Assembly: GCA_020632795.1 (NCBI GenBank)
Contig: JACKEV010000023.1
Location: 5,775-69,774 of the forward strand
From: Alphaproteobacteria bacterium
GTDB taxonomy: Bacteria; Myxococcota_A; UBA796; CAJQPC01
Reading direction: 5' to 3'
DNA: 64,000 bases
Shown: positions 54,001 to 62,801 of the stretch, piece by piece
Position numbering within the stretch: the stretch's first letter is position 1
Layout: the number at the start of each line of letters is the position of its first letter
Notes under the pieces: generated by a model
Told to the model about the DNA's origin: nothing
What the model saw: only the letters and a program-made list of their open reading frames with translations
Database searches by the model: none
Translations under genes and position numbers: made by a program

Positions 54001-56351
54001 TCCCGCTGCGCGGGGCGGAAGGTGACCTGGAAGATGGCCCCGTCCAGCGAGGGGGAGGTCTGTGTGGGATCCGCCGGGATCAGCGCGGCGACGAGCTGGT
54101 CGGGGAAGCCGTCGCCGTCGAAGTCCGCGATCGCCGCGCGGGAGCGCCAGGGGTAGTCGGACCCGAGCGCAGAGATGCCCAGGGAGAAGTCCGCCGGGGC
54201 GTCCGCGACCAGGCCGAAGCCCTCGACCAGCCCCCGGTCGTAGGCCCCGCCCAGGACCGCGAGGCCGTCGGCGTCGAGCCCAGCGAGCTGGAGCAGCTCG
54301 GGCGCCCCGGAGCGGTCCACGTCGAGCGCGGTGAAGGCGTCCAGGGTGAAGCGGTCGTCGAGCCGGGGCCAGAGGGCGGCGTCCTCGACGTCGGTGTCGA
54401 AGGGCAGGCCCGCGGACAGCCCGGAGTCGTGGAAGCCGCCACGGCCGTCCCCGTAGAAGATACGGGAGAAGGCCGAGGCCGGATCGGGCTCGTCGTCGTC
54501 GGACCAGCAGGCGTAAACCGCCAGCGCGAGGTCGGTGACGCCGTCGCCGTTGAGGTCGGCCAGGCGGCTGTTGGCGGCCCGCCAGGCCTCGCCGGTGGCG
54601 GCCAGGGACGGGGGCGCGGGGTTGGGGAAGCCCGCCGCGCAGGTGGAGGCCGCCGCCCAGCCCTCGGGCTCGACCGCGGACTCCAGGGGCCAGGCCAGGG
54701 GCTCCTCGACGTCAAACCACTGTGTGGGATCGCCGGTGTTGCGGCGCCAGGTGGACAGGGTGACCGTGCCCTGGGCGTCCTCCCAGGCGGGGGTCACGAG
54801 GTCGGGCAGGCCGTCGCCGTTGAGGTCGGCGAGCTGGCCACGGCGCAGCTCCGAGGCGCTCAGGGAGAGCACGTCCTCGCCGATGGTGCGGGTCCAGGGA
54901 TCGGTGTCCAGGCGACGGGCCGCGTCGGCCTCGGTGACGAGCAGGTCGGTCCAGCCGTCCCGGTCCAGGTCGCCCATGGCGTAGGCGGGCACCCCGGGCT
55001 CGCTGGAGAGCCAGGCGTTGAGCCGAGCGGTCCAGGCGGCGTCCTCGACCAGGTTGAAGGTGTGGGTGGCCCAGGTGGTGGCGGGGTTCGGGTCCTGGTT
55101 GAGCCAGGCGATGGCCTCGGAGTTGCAGACCTGGACCGTGCCCAGGTCGGCCCAGGCCTCGTCCGGGTCGGGGTCGGAGTTGCCGGCGTAGGTGTCGCAG
55201 GCGGTGACGAGGACCACGAGGTCGGGCAGCCCGTCGCCGTTGAGGTTGACCGCGTGCATGCGCCAGGCGATGTCCTGGTCGGCCTCGAGGTCGACGAGCA
55301 TGGGCAGCTCGAGCTGCGTGGTGACGCCGCTGGTCTGATCGGCCCAGGCGTCGGCCTGATCCGCCGTGGTCATGCAGCGCAGCACCACGTGATCGCCGCC
55401 GTAGCGGCCCCCCGAGGCTTCGCGCACGATCCGCTGGAGGGTGAGCTGGAAGGGGGCGGGGTCGGCGGAGACCGGCTGGCCGTCGCAGTCCACCGCGTCG
55501 GCGGCGGAGGGGTAGTCGGCCTGATCGGCGTAGCCCAGGCTGACCCGGCTGTAGCGCTGCTTGGCGTGACGGGCCTCGACGGCCACGATGCGCCGGCTGT
55601 TCACGCCGAGCACGCCGGTGCTGGCGTCCAGGCGGGGGTCGGGGCGCAGCTCGGCCTCGAAGACCACCTCGCCCGCCTGACCGTACTCGATGCGCTCGGG
55701 GCGGGGCAGGCCCCGCGCGGTGTCCAGCAGGGGGCTGCCGGAGAGGTCGCGGTCGATGGTCCAGGTCCACCGGATGGGCTCGCCCGCCGGCCCCTGCACC
55801 TCGGTGAGATACCAGAGCGCGGTGTCCCCGGCGGTGGCGGGGTCGTCGATGACCCCCCAGGTGGCGTCGCCGCCGCCGTACACCCGCCGCCAGCCGTCCC
55901 GGCGCCACAGCCAGGTGTTGTCCTGGTCCTGCCAGGTGAGGCAGCTCCCGTCCCAGACCTCGGGCTCCCAGCAGCCGGTGTCGGTGTTGTAGAGGAGGTC
56001 GACGCCGTCGAGGCGCCAGACATCCGTGGTGCGGGGCGGGCCGGGGGCGAAGGCGGGCACCCCGCCGGTCGCGCTGCGCCGCTCGACGCGGGAGGGGCCG
56101 CTGAGGCCCCAGCCGAAGCCCAGCCAGCCGTCGCGGTAGGCGGGGTCGTGCACCAGGGCGAGGTCGGGGACCACTCCTGCGGGTGCGGGGGCCAGGTCCA
56201 GGGGGACCCGGTCGACCCAGGCGCCGCGCGCGAGGCCGGGGGCGAGGGGCTCGACGGCCGCCGGGGGCGGGTCGAGCGGGGGTTGGGGGTCGATGGGGGT
56301 GGCGGCGGAGGCCGTCAGCAGGGCGGCGAGGGTCGCGAAGGCGATGGACAT
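48018..56351 (-). CDS. secreted SpvB/TcB-like - FG-GAP/VCBS - Rhs/YD-repeat polymorphic toxin (2777 aa)
   Basis: The track ORF is trimmed to ATG 56351 (signal peptide MSIAFATLAALLTASAA). The SpvB-type N-terminus is GWLGFGWGLSGPSRVERRSATGGVP. FG-GAP-like DLNGDGLPDLV repeats and dozens of YD-type repeats (YDALGR, YDSLHR, FDGLGR...) follow. The core-terminating motif is NDPLGYVDPIGF at 49146..49178. A 375-aa C-terminal extension follows. Confidence 0.9.
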   Translation of the reverse strand: MSIAFATLAALLTASAATPIDPQPPLDPPPAAVEPLAPGLARGAWVDRVPLDLAPAPAGVVPDLALVHDPAYRDGWLGFGWGLSGPSRVERRSATGGVPAFAPGPPRTTDVWRLDGVDLLYNTDTGCWEPEVWDGSCLTWQDQDNTWLWRRDGWRRVYGGGDATWGVIDDPATAGDTALWYLTEVQGPAGEPIRWTWTIDRDLSGSPLLDTARGLPRPERIEYGQAGEVVFEAELRPDPRLDASTGVLGVNSRRIVAVEARHAKQRYSRVSLGYADQADYPSAADAVDCDGQPVSADPAPFQLTLQRIVREASGGRYGGDHVVLRCMTTADQADAWADQTSGVTTQLELPMLVDLEADQDIAWRMHAVNLNGDGLPDLVVLVTACDTYAGNSDPDPDEAWADLGTVQVCNSEAIAWLNQDPNPATTWATHTFNLVEDAAWTARLNAWLSSEPGVPAYAMGDLDRDGWTDLLVTEADAARRLDTDPWTRTIGEDVLSLSASELRRGQLADLNGDGLPDLVTPAWEDAQGTVTLSTWRRNTGDPTQWFDVEEPLAWPLESAVEPEGWAAASTCAAGFPNPAPPSLAATGEAWRAANSRLADLNGDGVTDLALAVYACWSDDDEPDPASAFSRIFYGDGRGGFHDSGLSAGLPFDTDVEDAALWPRLDDRFTLDAFTALDVDRSGAPELLQLAGLDADGLAVLGGAYDRGLVEGFGLVADAPADFSLGISALGSDYPWRSRAAIADFDGDGFPDQLVAALIPADPTQTSPSLDGAIFQVTFRPAQRDTAQGRVIAMTGPWGGTTALDWGFSASYPSENPELSVNLEVLRAQEGEQGLVTYRYRHGFHDGQRFRGFGLVEARRRDGADLHAFDLSVVSPGAWAYGARLRADGTLAAATVNLYGRSDGAGPWYVDALAPYFNPLARRCEVELGHGVGGAQSVTIEDLITTCASAEGAGSLSAAAVSARLGHLPWTDAADLRTVAEAVRGLEPAASVDLGGRLGDPAALDFSDLPTPEDPFGDRAVVTEHPWDSDLPGLPDAPEPSGAWPTELRVTATTWRYDADQRLASAEHHREIGRSDDDLEQHFSWYPFDTAAWGAALLEVETTGPGGGPTLARVERLDLHAQGFGLPERVRQWGDGTDFVELQLDYTATGPFTGQAQAVTRPDGAVETVTVDPLCGVAVEQVDGVGRVRSLTLDALCRVEEERWQGSLITRTFDDLHRVITETVDPDADDAGDADLIVTERAYAPQELPPWEASWGSLRQLTLRNDGRLEAVETDGFGRPTLSTVCTEGEGHPWPWGDWSCDAAQPIRVEALLWTDDGALGYAVEPHLDGWEDPAITGFTWDALGREVAALAPSPAGGHGLTTTVRRPGVASVTDPMGVDTVTTWDSLSTEVSRAGILRVSETRDALGRVEVRRDATGVMTLTGYDSLHRVETVERLGDPSVTPGDDACEHATGDVPLDAACSFVWVHRYDLSRREHTVTDPGGLSTVSRFDAAGRLLDQTVDGQTVVTNTWHDRQSSLPAHVVSTDLQGAVTTETFDGLGRSISLLDLDGETATVWGPAGVDRVDLPAGQSLYIERDVFGQPVATCHPDGWSGACVDPLDTWAYTGLGDVDWHVDADGVETTFGYAPGGFLEELIAGGALRYEAEYDVLGRPIREWQGVAERRTEYDDLSRPVRVEEGPESAPLRWQTWAWADVDRLTSRTLGPVDSGSLITRYTWHDLGWLREVEHPDATTERWFYDALGQARFHQDPAGAVSRTRYDSLGRVVAQDLAGEGPRSWSYATNMSWDGHSALLRVTETDGEGAVWRQWLDGAGRVVGVEDPTGVVERHHIDAGQRWAVEVRDPAGVPLAMTVWLHDPTTGRPLTEWGWFEAPFSGGVTPSRYDFGVPGPADYVVDYGWTDAGRLASVGVGGEQTAYTWVDGRLDTETWDGGVRQRTWRYDGYGELDLSQEVGVDGSVRSTTYGRDALGRVTSVLVDDGASILETRYEGLDARDLPADVVRDWSGVTESSEAWTWDAAGRPVARSLWVDGLTQVTTWAWTADGALEELGLPSGRTLSLDYGWSGNDRLAERMRGPGGDVLVEVLQRDGALRPTALEVDGHGLTLGWDDLGRPTQRAWQGGASWEGVWDDRGRLAWEQFIGPDSDWTADYAWQEPGWLVEQVFTPSEGEIEVRGFTYDEGGRREAVDDGTDVLSTLGWSGALPADFDGVTADRDPWDALEVDPTGALLFRDPAGGLAERETPEGAITTFVRDPAGWPVLAVEPEGERWTTWGLEGALPLEVQTATEDITNLVFEGVWLGQLRGEEGVTRALTDPRGSLLQLGGETLPYAGAFGERAQAPTTLDERYVYAGLERLPDGGLMLARNRALLPASGVFDRPDPLGLAGGLHRARYAENDPLGYVDPIGFTAQPITGSAGGWGSLQSGSLGGLGVQDPCRADPTSCGSSSPWGQGGVLNLSPKRRRGRDDGGAEAEVEPEKGILAFFKRLWGGRGPGSFQKTKSGLVPEYELVVTGRRGLREVLSNVFRRVEGSSVWGCQGSAFAGRLRHFGRSALEDLEAGAWGAAAGGASYLADGLESLPTTADITGHPWARGPLEGILKESSAVAATRDWGVEAYARADGHSASIAQYGAVVGIIGVAVGDYYMPGPGGESRLAQKAEKGAIEVVETLGSRVDLTRLAEAATIPWSSKKVRDAAKKIENSTTKSINVTVDNRDQAGELFLRFYHGNGYRNTTGMTGKKVRKAFDSKKCTYHWDMEDVEHGGRPHLQIHDDQRRVIRIFFDGE

Positions 56352-56450
56352 GGGGTCTCCCGTGTCGAGGTCACGGGGCCCCTCCAAGCAAGGCTCATGC
56401 CATCACCTGATGTTCAAGGTTCCAAGAAGGTTCTTCCTGAAATCGACCGA

Positions 56451-58280
56451 TCAGGGTGACCGAATTTCGTCACCCCCCTCCCCGGGCGCCGACACCCAGC
56501 CCAGCGCCCGCAGCTCGTCCACCGCCAGCCGGGCCACCAGGCGGTGCCCCGCGTCGGAGAGGTGAACCCGGTCCACGAACAGGCCCGGCCCGCCCTCGTC
56601 CAGGGCCCGGGCGGTGTCCAGGAAGGCCACGCCCTCGGTGTCCTCGGCGACCGCGCGCATGACGGCGTAGTGGGCCTCCAGGGCGGGCGCCCGGGGCCGC
56701 ACCGCCCCCTCGCTCATCAGCAGCACCCGGGCGCCCAGGTCCTGGGCCAGGGCCGCGAGGGTGCGCAGGTTGTGGTCCATCTCTGCGGTGGTGACCGCAG
56801 GCACGTCGCTGCGGGCCCGCGCCGGGGTCAGCACGCTCACGAGGCCCTGGTAGAGCACCATCCGGCGCAGCGGCCCGGCCACGGCCTCGCCCCGGCTGCG
56901 GGCCCTCCAGCTCTGGTAGAGGCGCTCGTAGGTGTCGGGCGGGCCGTCCCCGCTGTCGTTGCAGCTCACGTAGAGGGTGACGAGGTCCGGCGCCAGCTCG
57001 GCCAGCCGGGCGCGGGCGTACTCGCGGATGTGGAAGGTGGTCCAGCCGCCGACGCCCTGGTTGACGACCTCGACGCCAGGGCCCAGCAGCTCGTCCATGC
57101 GGGCGGGGTAGAACTCGTCGAGGCTGCTGTTGTGGCTGGCGCCCCCGGTGGAGGAGCCGCCGAAGGCCACCAGCCGGACCGGCGCCTGCCGGGGCCCGAA
57201 CGCGACGGGGTAGCCCGCCGAGGGGTAGGCGGTGTGCTTGCCCCGGGCCAGGCCGAGGAAGTCGTGCACCGGGCTGGAGGAGCTGCGGTCCCGGTCCGCG
57301 GCCTCGTCGACCCAGGACCAGCCGTAGGCCACCGACCAGCCCACCCCGGTCAGGGTGTGGCGGGCGCCCAGCTCCAGGCCGGCCACACCCACGGCGAAGG
57401 CCGCGAGAGAGATGAGGTTGAACCTTCGTAGCCGCGCGGCGTTCACGTTGGCCCACAGGACCACCCCCAGGGCCGCGCCGCTCAGGCCGAAGCCTGCCAG
57501 GGCCAGGGGCTTCGTCGCCCCCAGGGCCGCGCTGAGCAGGGCCGCGCCCCCCGCGAGCGCGGCGACGGCCCGGACGGGGGTGGCGCGCATCCGCATGCCC
57601 GCCTCGACCAGCAGCTTGAGGCCGACCGCGGGCCCCACCGCCGCCGCCACCGCCAGCCAGGGGGTGTCCAGGGCCGGCATGCGCAGGGCCTCCGCGACCA
57701 TCGCCGGGTCCGCCCGGCGCAGCGCGACCCCCAGCAACGCGGGCGTCCAGGTCAGCAGGATCACGGAGTTCCGACGCCCGGTCCACCGCTCGACGCCCGC
57801 CAGGGTGAGGACCGCCAGCGCCCCGACGAGCCCGGCCCCCAGGCGCACCGGCGGCGGCAGTGGGCTGGGGGCGGCGCCGGCCTCGGTCGCCAGGGTGTGC
57901 ACGTTCACCCGACGCACCCCGGCGACCAGGGCGGGTCCGGCCTGGGGCAGGGCGGCGGCGCAGCGCAGGTCCCCGGCGGCGAAGCCCTCGGAGGTCCGCT
58001 CGATCTCCAGGCGGTAGCGCGCCCCGGTCCAGGCCGCCAGCGCGCCCTCGCACCGCGCCCCGTCCACCTCGGGGCGGCGCCCCTCCAGGCGCAGCAGGCG
58101 CAGGGTCGGCCCCTCGGCCCCCGCCGGAGAGACCATCAGCTCGCCGCCCTCGCTGGCCTCGACCTCAAGGATGAGGCGCGCGGCGGCGGCGTCGGCCTGG
58201 AGGCCCTGGCGGTGGTGCAGGCTCCACGCGCCGGGGTCCGGAGGCAGGGTCCCGGTGGCGTCGGGGGCGTAGAAGGCCAT
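56451..58280 (-). CDS. polytopic membrane protein with C-terminal SGNH/GDSL hydrolase domain
   Basis: 609-aa ORF. Central TM helices are followed by VRLVAFGGSSTGG...VVNQGVGGWT...YVSCNDSG...DRVHLSDAGH (SGNH blocks I-III and V). Confidence 0.7.
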   Translation of the reverse strand: MAFYAPDATGTLPPDPGAWSLHHRQGLQADAAAARLILEVEASEGGELMVSPAGAEGPTLRLLRLEGRRPEVDGARCEGALAAWTGARYRLEIERTSEGFAAGDLRCAAALPQAGPALVAGVRRVNVHTLATEAGAAPSPLPPPVRLGAGLVGALAVLTLAGVERWTGRRNSVILLTWTPALLGVALRRADPAMVAEALRMPALDTPWLAVAAAVGPAVGLKLLVEAGMRMRATPVRAVAALAGGAALLSAALGATKPLALAGFGLSGAALGVVLWANVNAARLRRFNLISLAAFAVGVAGLELGARHTLTGVGWSVAYGWSWVDEAADRDRSSSSPVHDFLGLARGKHTAYPSAGYPVAFGPRQAPVRLVAFGGSSTGGASHNSSLDEFYPARMDELLGPGVEVVNQGVGGWTTFHIREYARARLAELAPDLVTLYVSCNDSGDGPPDTYERLYQSWRARSRGEAVAGPLRRMVLYQGLVSVLTPARARSDVPAVTTAEMDHNLRTLAALAQDLGARVLLMSEGAVRPRAPALEAHYAVMRAVAEDTEGVAFLDTARALDEGGPGLFVDRVHLSDAGHRLVARLAVDELRALGWVSAPGEGGDEIRSP

Positions 58281-58423
58281 CTGGGGACCGATCCGGCGCC
58301 AGCCCTCCGGGGCGGAGGCCGAGAAGGCCAGCCCGTAGCCCCGGGCCCACAGCCCGCCGAGGCCCCAGCCCAGCGCGGCGAGGGCGGCCCAGGGGAGCCA
58401 GCGGGCGAGCGGACCGAGGGCCC

Positions 58424-60448
58424 TCAGATCCCCGGCCCCAGGACCACATAGACGGCGCCGGCCTCGTCGCCGCCGTCGTCATCGCCGATCGCGCCGATGA
58501 GCAGGTCCATCGCGCCGTCGCCGTCGAGGTCTCCGGGGGCCCCGAGCGTTGCCCCGGCGGAGTCGTCGGCGGACTCCCCGGTCAGGATGGAGTCGGCCTC
58601 AGTCACGTCAACGGTTCCGGAGACCGGACCCAGGAAGAGGTATGCCCGCCCGGTGCTGCTGCTGCCCGGCGCGCCGATCATCAGGTCCGCGTTGCCGTCC
58701 ACGTCGACGTCCCCCGGGCCGACCACCGCCGTGCCGGCGAGGTCGTCGCGCCGCTCCCCGTCGAACTTCGCGTCCGCGTTGTTCAGGAAGATCGTGCCGC
58801 TGGAGCCCCCCAGCACCAGATAGACCGCGCCGTTGTTGCCGTTGCCCACCCGAGGGGCGCCCACCAGCACGTCGTCGAGGCCGTCGCCGTCGGTGTCCCC
58901 GAGGCCGGCCACCGACCAGCCCGCGTAGTCGTCGCCGTTCTGGCCCAGCAGGAGCGCCTGGGCGTCGGAGATGCTGAAGCTCGCGCTGAGCGGCCCCGCG
59001 ATGACCGCGGCCGCCCCGGAGCGGTTCGCCCCACCGAAAGCCTGGTACGCCCCGACGATGAGGTCGGGGGTGCCGTCGCCGTTGAAGTCGCCAGCGCGGT
59101 CCAGAGCCCAGCCGGCGAGCTGGTTCGAGGTCGCCCCGGTCATCTTGATGTCGGCGTCGCGGACGTTCACCTCGCCGCTCTGCGGCCCCGAGAACACGTA
59201 GACCGCCCCGGCGTCCGAGCCGTTGTCGTCGTTGCCCGGCGCCCCCAGCACCAGGTCCGCGAGGCCGTCGCCGGTGAGGTCGTCCACCCCGACCACCGCC
59301 CGGCCGAGCTGGTCCCCCGCCGCCCAGCCGGTCAGCTTCGCGGCGGTCGAACTGGAGAGGCTCAGGTCCCCGCGCGTGGTCCCGGAGACGAGGTAGACGG
59401 CGCCTGCGCCGTCGGCGACGGTGCTCTCGCCGGGGGCGCCGACGAGGAAGGCCGGGGCGCCGTCCCCGAGCACGTCGGGGGCCCCGGACACCGCCGCGCC
59501 GGCCTCGTCGTCGCTGGCCTCACCCAGCATGCGCGCCGCCGCGTCGCTCAGGTCTCCGGTGGCCCGGCCGTCGAGCACCAGGTAGGCCGCGCCGGTTCGC
59601 AGGCCCGCACCGTCGTGCCCGGCGGCGCCGATGAGCATGTCGTCGAGGCCGTCGCCGTCCGCGTCCCCCGCGCCGGCCATCGCGCCGCCAGCCTCATGGT
59701 CCCGGCGCTCGCCGAGCCGCTTGGCGTTGGCGTCCGACAGGTCGATCGCCGCCTGGAGCACGCACTGCGCCCGCGCGTCGGCCTCGGAGCCGTCGCAGTC
59801 GTTGACCACGCCGTCGTTGCAGACCTCGGCGGCGCCGGGGTGCTGCAGGTCGTAGGCGTCGTTGCAGTCGGTGTCGTCGGCGGTGTAGCCGGAGGGCGCC
59901 GCGCAGGCGCGGGCGACGTTCTCGGGGTCGCCGAAGCCGTCGCCGTCGAGGTCGGCGTACCAGTCCTGGGCGTCGGTGGCGTCGGCGCCGTCGGGGGTGC
60001 CGTCGCAGTCGTTGTCGACGCCGTCGCAGATCTCCTCGGCGTCGGGGTTCACCGCCTCGGCGGTGTCGTCGCAGTCGTCGGCGTTGCCCACGTAGCCGCT
60101 GGCCCCGCAGCCCTCGATGCTGCTGTCCGGGTCGCCGAAGCCGTCGCCGTCCGCGTCGGCGTACTGGGTGCCGGTGACCCCGTCGTCCACCTCCCCGTTG
60201 CAGTCGTTGTCCGCCTGGTCGCAGGCCTCGGCGGCGCCGGGGTAGGTGGTCGGGTCGGCGTCGTCACAGTCCCCGGTCTCCGCGACGTAGCCCTCGGGCT
60301 GGGCGCAGGCGGTGCTGGTGACGTCCTCGGAGCCGACGCCGTCGCCGTCGCCGTCCTCGAACCAGATGACGTTGCAGCCGGTGTCGTCGCTGTTGTCCTT
60401 GCAGCCGAGCAGAGGCAGCAGCAGCGCGAGCGTCGTGAGGGTGCGCAT
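58424..60448 (-). CDS. lipoprotein with MopE-type Cys/Asp metal-binding motifs and FG-GAP (integrin-alpha-like) repeats
   Basis: The track ORF is trimmed to ATG 60448 (LLLPLLGC lipobox). Three C..DCDD.D....PGA.E.CD..DNDC.G repeats are followed by repeated GD.DGDG..D...GAP units. Confidence 0.8.
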   Translation of the reverse strand: MRTLTTLALLLPLLGCKDNSDDTGCNVIWFEDGDGDGVGSEDVTSTACAQPEGYVAETGDCDDADPTTYPGAAEACDQADNDCNGEVDDGVTGTQYADADGDGFGDPDSSIEGCGASGYVGNADDCDDTAEAVNPDAEEICDGVDNDCDGTPDGADATDAQDWYADLDGDGFGDPENVARACAAPSGYTADDTDCNDAYDLQHPGAAEVCNDGVVNDCDGSEADARAQCVLQAAIDLSDANAKRLGERRDHEAGGAMAGAGDADGDGLDDMLIGAAGHDGAGLRTGAAYLVLDGRATGDLSDAAARMLGEASDDEAGAAVSGAPDVLGDGAPAFLVGAPGESTVADGAGAVYLVSGTTRGDLSLSSSTAAKLTGWAAGDQLGRAVVGVDDLTGDGLADLVLGAPGNDDNGSDAGAVYVFSGPQSGEVNVRDADIKMTGATSNQLAGWALDRAGDFNGDGTPDLIVGAYQAFGGANRSGAAAVIAGPLSASFSISDAQALLLGQNGDDYAGWSVAGLGDTDGDGLDDVLVGAPRVGNGNNGAVYLVLGGSSGTIFLNNADAKFDGERRDDLAGTAVVGPGDVDVDGNADLMIGAPGSSSTGRAYLFLGPVSGTVDVTEADSILTGESADDSAGATLGAPGDLDGDGAMDLLIGAIGDDDGGDEAGAVYVVLGPGI

Positions 60449-60504
60449 GCAGATCTCCATCCTGGCGGGCATGTGTGAGGATAGCACCCCGACGGCGCGC
60501 GCGG

Positions 60505-61053
60505 TCAGGGGCGTTTCGCGGGCCCCGCGTCCGGGCTGTCGTGGAAGCGGGCGCCTTCGGGCGCAGGGGCCCGCAGGCTGCGCACATGGGCGTAGACCGC
60601 CTTGAGCTGGGCCTCGCTCAGGTCCACCCCCGCGCCCTGGCCCTCGCCGTAGCCCTGCATGGCCGTGCCGGTGAAGCCGGCGCGGATGATCTCCAGGCGC
60701 CCCGCGTCCGAGAAGAAGCGCGCCTTGCCCGGGTGGGAGAGGTCGGAGGGGTGGGGCACCAGCGACGATGCGTCCGGCCCGCCCCGCCCGGTCTCGCCGT
60801 GGCAGCGCAGGCAGTGCGCCCGGTAGAGGGCCTCCCCCTGCGCGAGGTCCGCCTCGTCCAGGCCGGGGACCGGGGCGGCGTAGGCGTCCCCCAGGCGCTC
60901 CTGGAGGGTCTGCAGCATGGCCATGCGCAGGGCGCGGTGCTCGCCCATGGGCAGGCCGCTGGGGCCCGGGGCCTTGGGGGCCTCCTCGGTCGTGGGCGCG
61001 GGCGGCGCCGGGGCCTCTCCGCCGCAGGCCAGGGCCAGCAGCAGCAGGATCAT
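60505..61053 (-). CDS. c-type cytochrome lipoprotein
   Basis: The track ORF is trimmed to ATG 61053 (ATGA overlap). The lipobox is LLALAC and the single haem motif is CLRCHG. Confidence 0.7.
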   Translation of the reverse strand: MILLLLALACGGEAPAPPAPTTEEAPKAPGPSGLPMGEHRALRMAMLQTLQERLGDAYAAPVPGLDEADLAQGEALYRAHCLRCHGETGRGGPDASSLVPHPSDLSHPGKARFFSDAGRLEIIRAGFTGTAMQGYGEGQGAGVDLSEAQLKAVYAHVRSLRAPAPEGARFHDSPDAGPAKRP

Positions 61054-62024
61054 CCGGCGTTGGGGTCGTTCTGGAGCACCGCCTCGATGCGGGCCATGAC
61101 CTCGTCGGTGAGCCGGGGCAGCACCGCCAGGGCCTTCATGTTCTCGTGGACCTGCTCGGGGCGGCTGGCCCCGGTGATGACGGTGCTCACGCCGGGGTAC
61201 TTCGCCGCCCAGGCCAGGGCGAGCTGGGCCATCGTGCAGCCCAGGTCCCCGGCGATGGGGGTGAGCTGGCGCACCTTCTCGACGCGCTCGGGGGTGATGA
61301 CCATGTCCTTGAGCCAGGACAGGTTGGGCAGGGCGATGCGGGAGCCCTCGGGCACGCCGTCGTTGTACTTGCCGGTCAGGAGCCCGGAGGACAGGGGGCT
61401 CCAGATGGTCGTGCCCAGGCCGATCTCGTCGTACAGCGGGGCCAGCTCGCGCTCCACCCGGTCGCGGTGGAACATGTGGTACTGGGGCTGCTCGCAGGTG
61501 GGCGGGGTGAGGTTGTAGCGCCGGGCGGTCTCGTATGCCTCGCGGACCTGGGCGGCCGACCACTCGCTGGTGCCCCAGTACAGCACCTTGCCCTGCTGGA
61601 TCAGCGTGTCCATCGCCCGCACGGTCTCCTCCACCGGCGTGGAGGGGTCGGGGCGGTGGCAGAAGTAGAGGTCGAGGTAGTCCACCTGCAGGCGCTGGAG
61701 GGCGGCGTGGCAGGCCTCGGTGACGTGCTTGCGGTTCAGGCCGGTGTCGTTGGGGCCCTCGCCGCCCCAGAACACCTTGCTGGAGATGATGAGGCTCTCG
61801 CGGCGCAGCTCCTTGAGCACGTCGCCCACGACCCGCTCGGCCTCGCCGCCGGCGTAGGCCTCGGCGTTGTCGAAGAAGTTGACCCCGTGCTCATAGGCCG
61901 CCAGCAGGCACTTGCGGGCGCGCTTCCTGCCGACCTGACCCCCGAAGGTCACCCAGGAGCCGATGGAGAAGCGGGACACCTTGAGGCCGGAGCCCCCGAG
62001 ACGGTTGTAGATCATGTCGCTCAT
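61050..62024 (-). CDS. aldo/keto reductase (Kv-beta-like subfamily)
   Basis: The track ORF is trimmed to ATG 62024 (ATGA overlap). Motifs are [28 protein letters not shown] and [12 protein letters not shown]. Confidence 0.9.
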   Translation of the reverse strand: MSDMIYNRLGGSGLKVSRFSIGSWVTFGGQVGRKRARKCLLAAYEHGVNFFDNAEAYAGGEAERVVGDVLKELRRESLIISSKVFWGGEGPNDTGLNRKHVTEACHAALQRLQVDYLDLYFCHRPDPSTPVEETVRAMDTLIQQGKVLYWGTSEWSAAQVREAYETARRYNLTPPTCEQPQYHMFHRDRVERELAPLYDEIGLGTTIWSPLSSGLLTGKYNDGVPEGSRIALPNLSWLKDMVITPERVEKVRQLTPIAGDLGCTMAQLALAWAAKYPGVSTVITGASRPEQVHENMKALAVLPRLTDEVMARIEAVLQNDPNAG

Positions 62025-62656
62025 CGGACGGAGATCTCCTCGAAGCGGATGACGACGCCGCCGTCGCCGATCGCCACGTGACGGGTGGACAGGTTCAGCG
62101 CGCCGAAGCGCTGGTGGCCGGCCCAGGTGAAGGCGCCCTGGCGCCCGGACTGGAGGGTGAAGGCCCACTGGGTGGGCAGGCCGTCGGGGCCGATGGTGAA
62201 GGTATAGGTGTCGCCGGGGGTCAGGCCCACCCCCTCGAAGCTCAGCACCAGCCGCCCCTCGGTGTCCAGGGAGCGCCGGACCCCCGGGTCGAGCACCTTG
62301 CAGGGGGCGAGCAGCCAGTAGCTGTCGTTGATGAACGCGCCGTGGGCTTGCTCGACGTCCTCGGGCGCGGCGCCCTCGGCCCCGGTGGGCGGGTCCAGCT
62401 TGACCAGGGTGGTCTCGAAGCCCTCCCACGACGAGGTGACCGTGCCGCCCTGGGGCGACCAGACGTGGCGTCGCCGGGCCTTCTCCTCGCCGTCCTTCTC
62501 CACGACGAAGGTGAAGGCGATCTCCTGCTGGGCGTAGACCGGGCCGCAGGCCTCGGCCATGCGCGCGGCCACGTCATCGGCGTCCGGCCTGGCGGGTTCC
62601 AGAGGGATGACGTCGGCAGCGGCGACGCCGAGGAGGACCAGGGTGAGGCTTCGCAT
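62021..62656 (-). CDS. secreted hypothetical protein
   Basis: 211-aa ORF with a signal peptide ([14 protein letters not shown]). No family recognised. Confidence 0.55.
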   Translation of the reverse strand: MRSLTLVLLGVAAADVIPLEPARPDADDVAARMAEACGPVYAQQEIAFTFVVEKDGEEKARRRHVWSPQGGTVTSSWEGFETTLVKLDPPTGAEGAAPEDVEQAHGAFINDSYWLLAPCKVLDPGVRRSLDTEGRLVLSFEGVGLTPGDTYTFTIGPDGLPTQWAFTLQSGRQGAFTWAGHQRFGALNLSTRHVAIGDGGVVIRFEEISVR

Positions 62657-62801
62657 GAGGCATGCTTAGCACGACCCCCGCCTGGAGAGCACCCTGGACC
62701 CGCTGACCGAGCTGTTCCGCAGCGCCCGCTACGAGGCCCTGCTGGAGACCACCCGCGACGACCCCGCCCCGGAGGTCCGGGCGCTGCGGGCCCGCGCCCT
62801 G

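Noticed and set aside
48504-56459. 1552-aa and 1059-aa plus-strand ORFs (48504..53162 and 53280..56459)
   Set aside because: They are antisense shadows of the Rhs gene. Their translations are featureless G/A/V/R-rich strings, whereas the minus strand shows YD repeats throughout.
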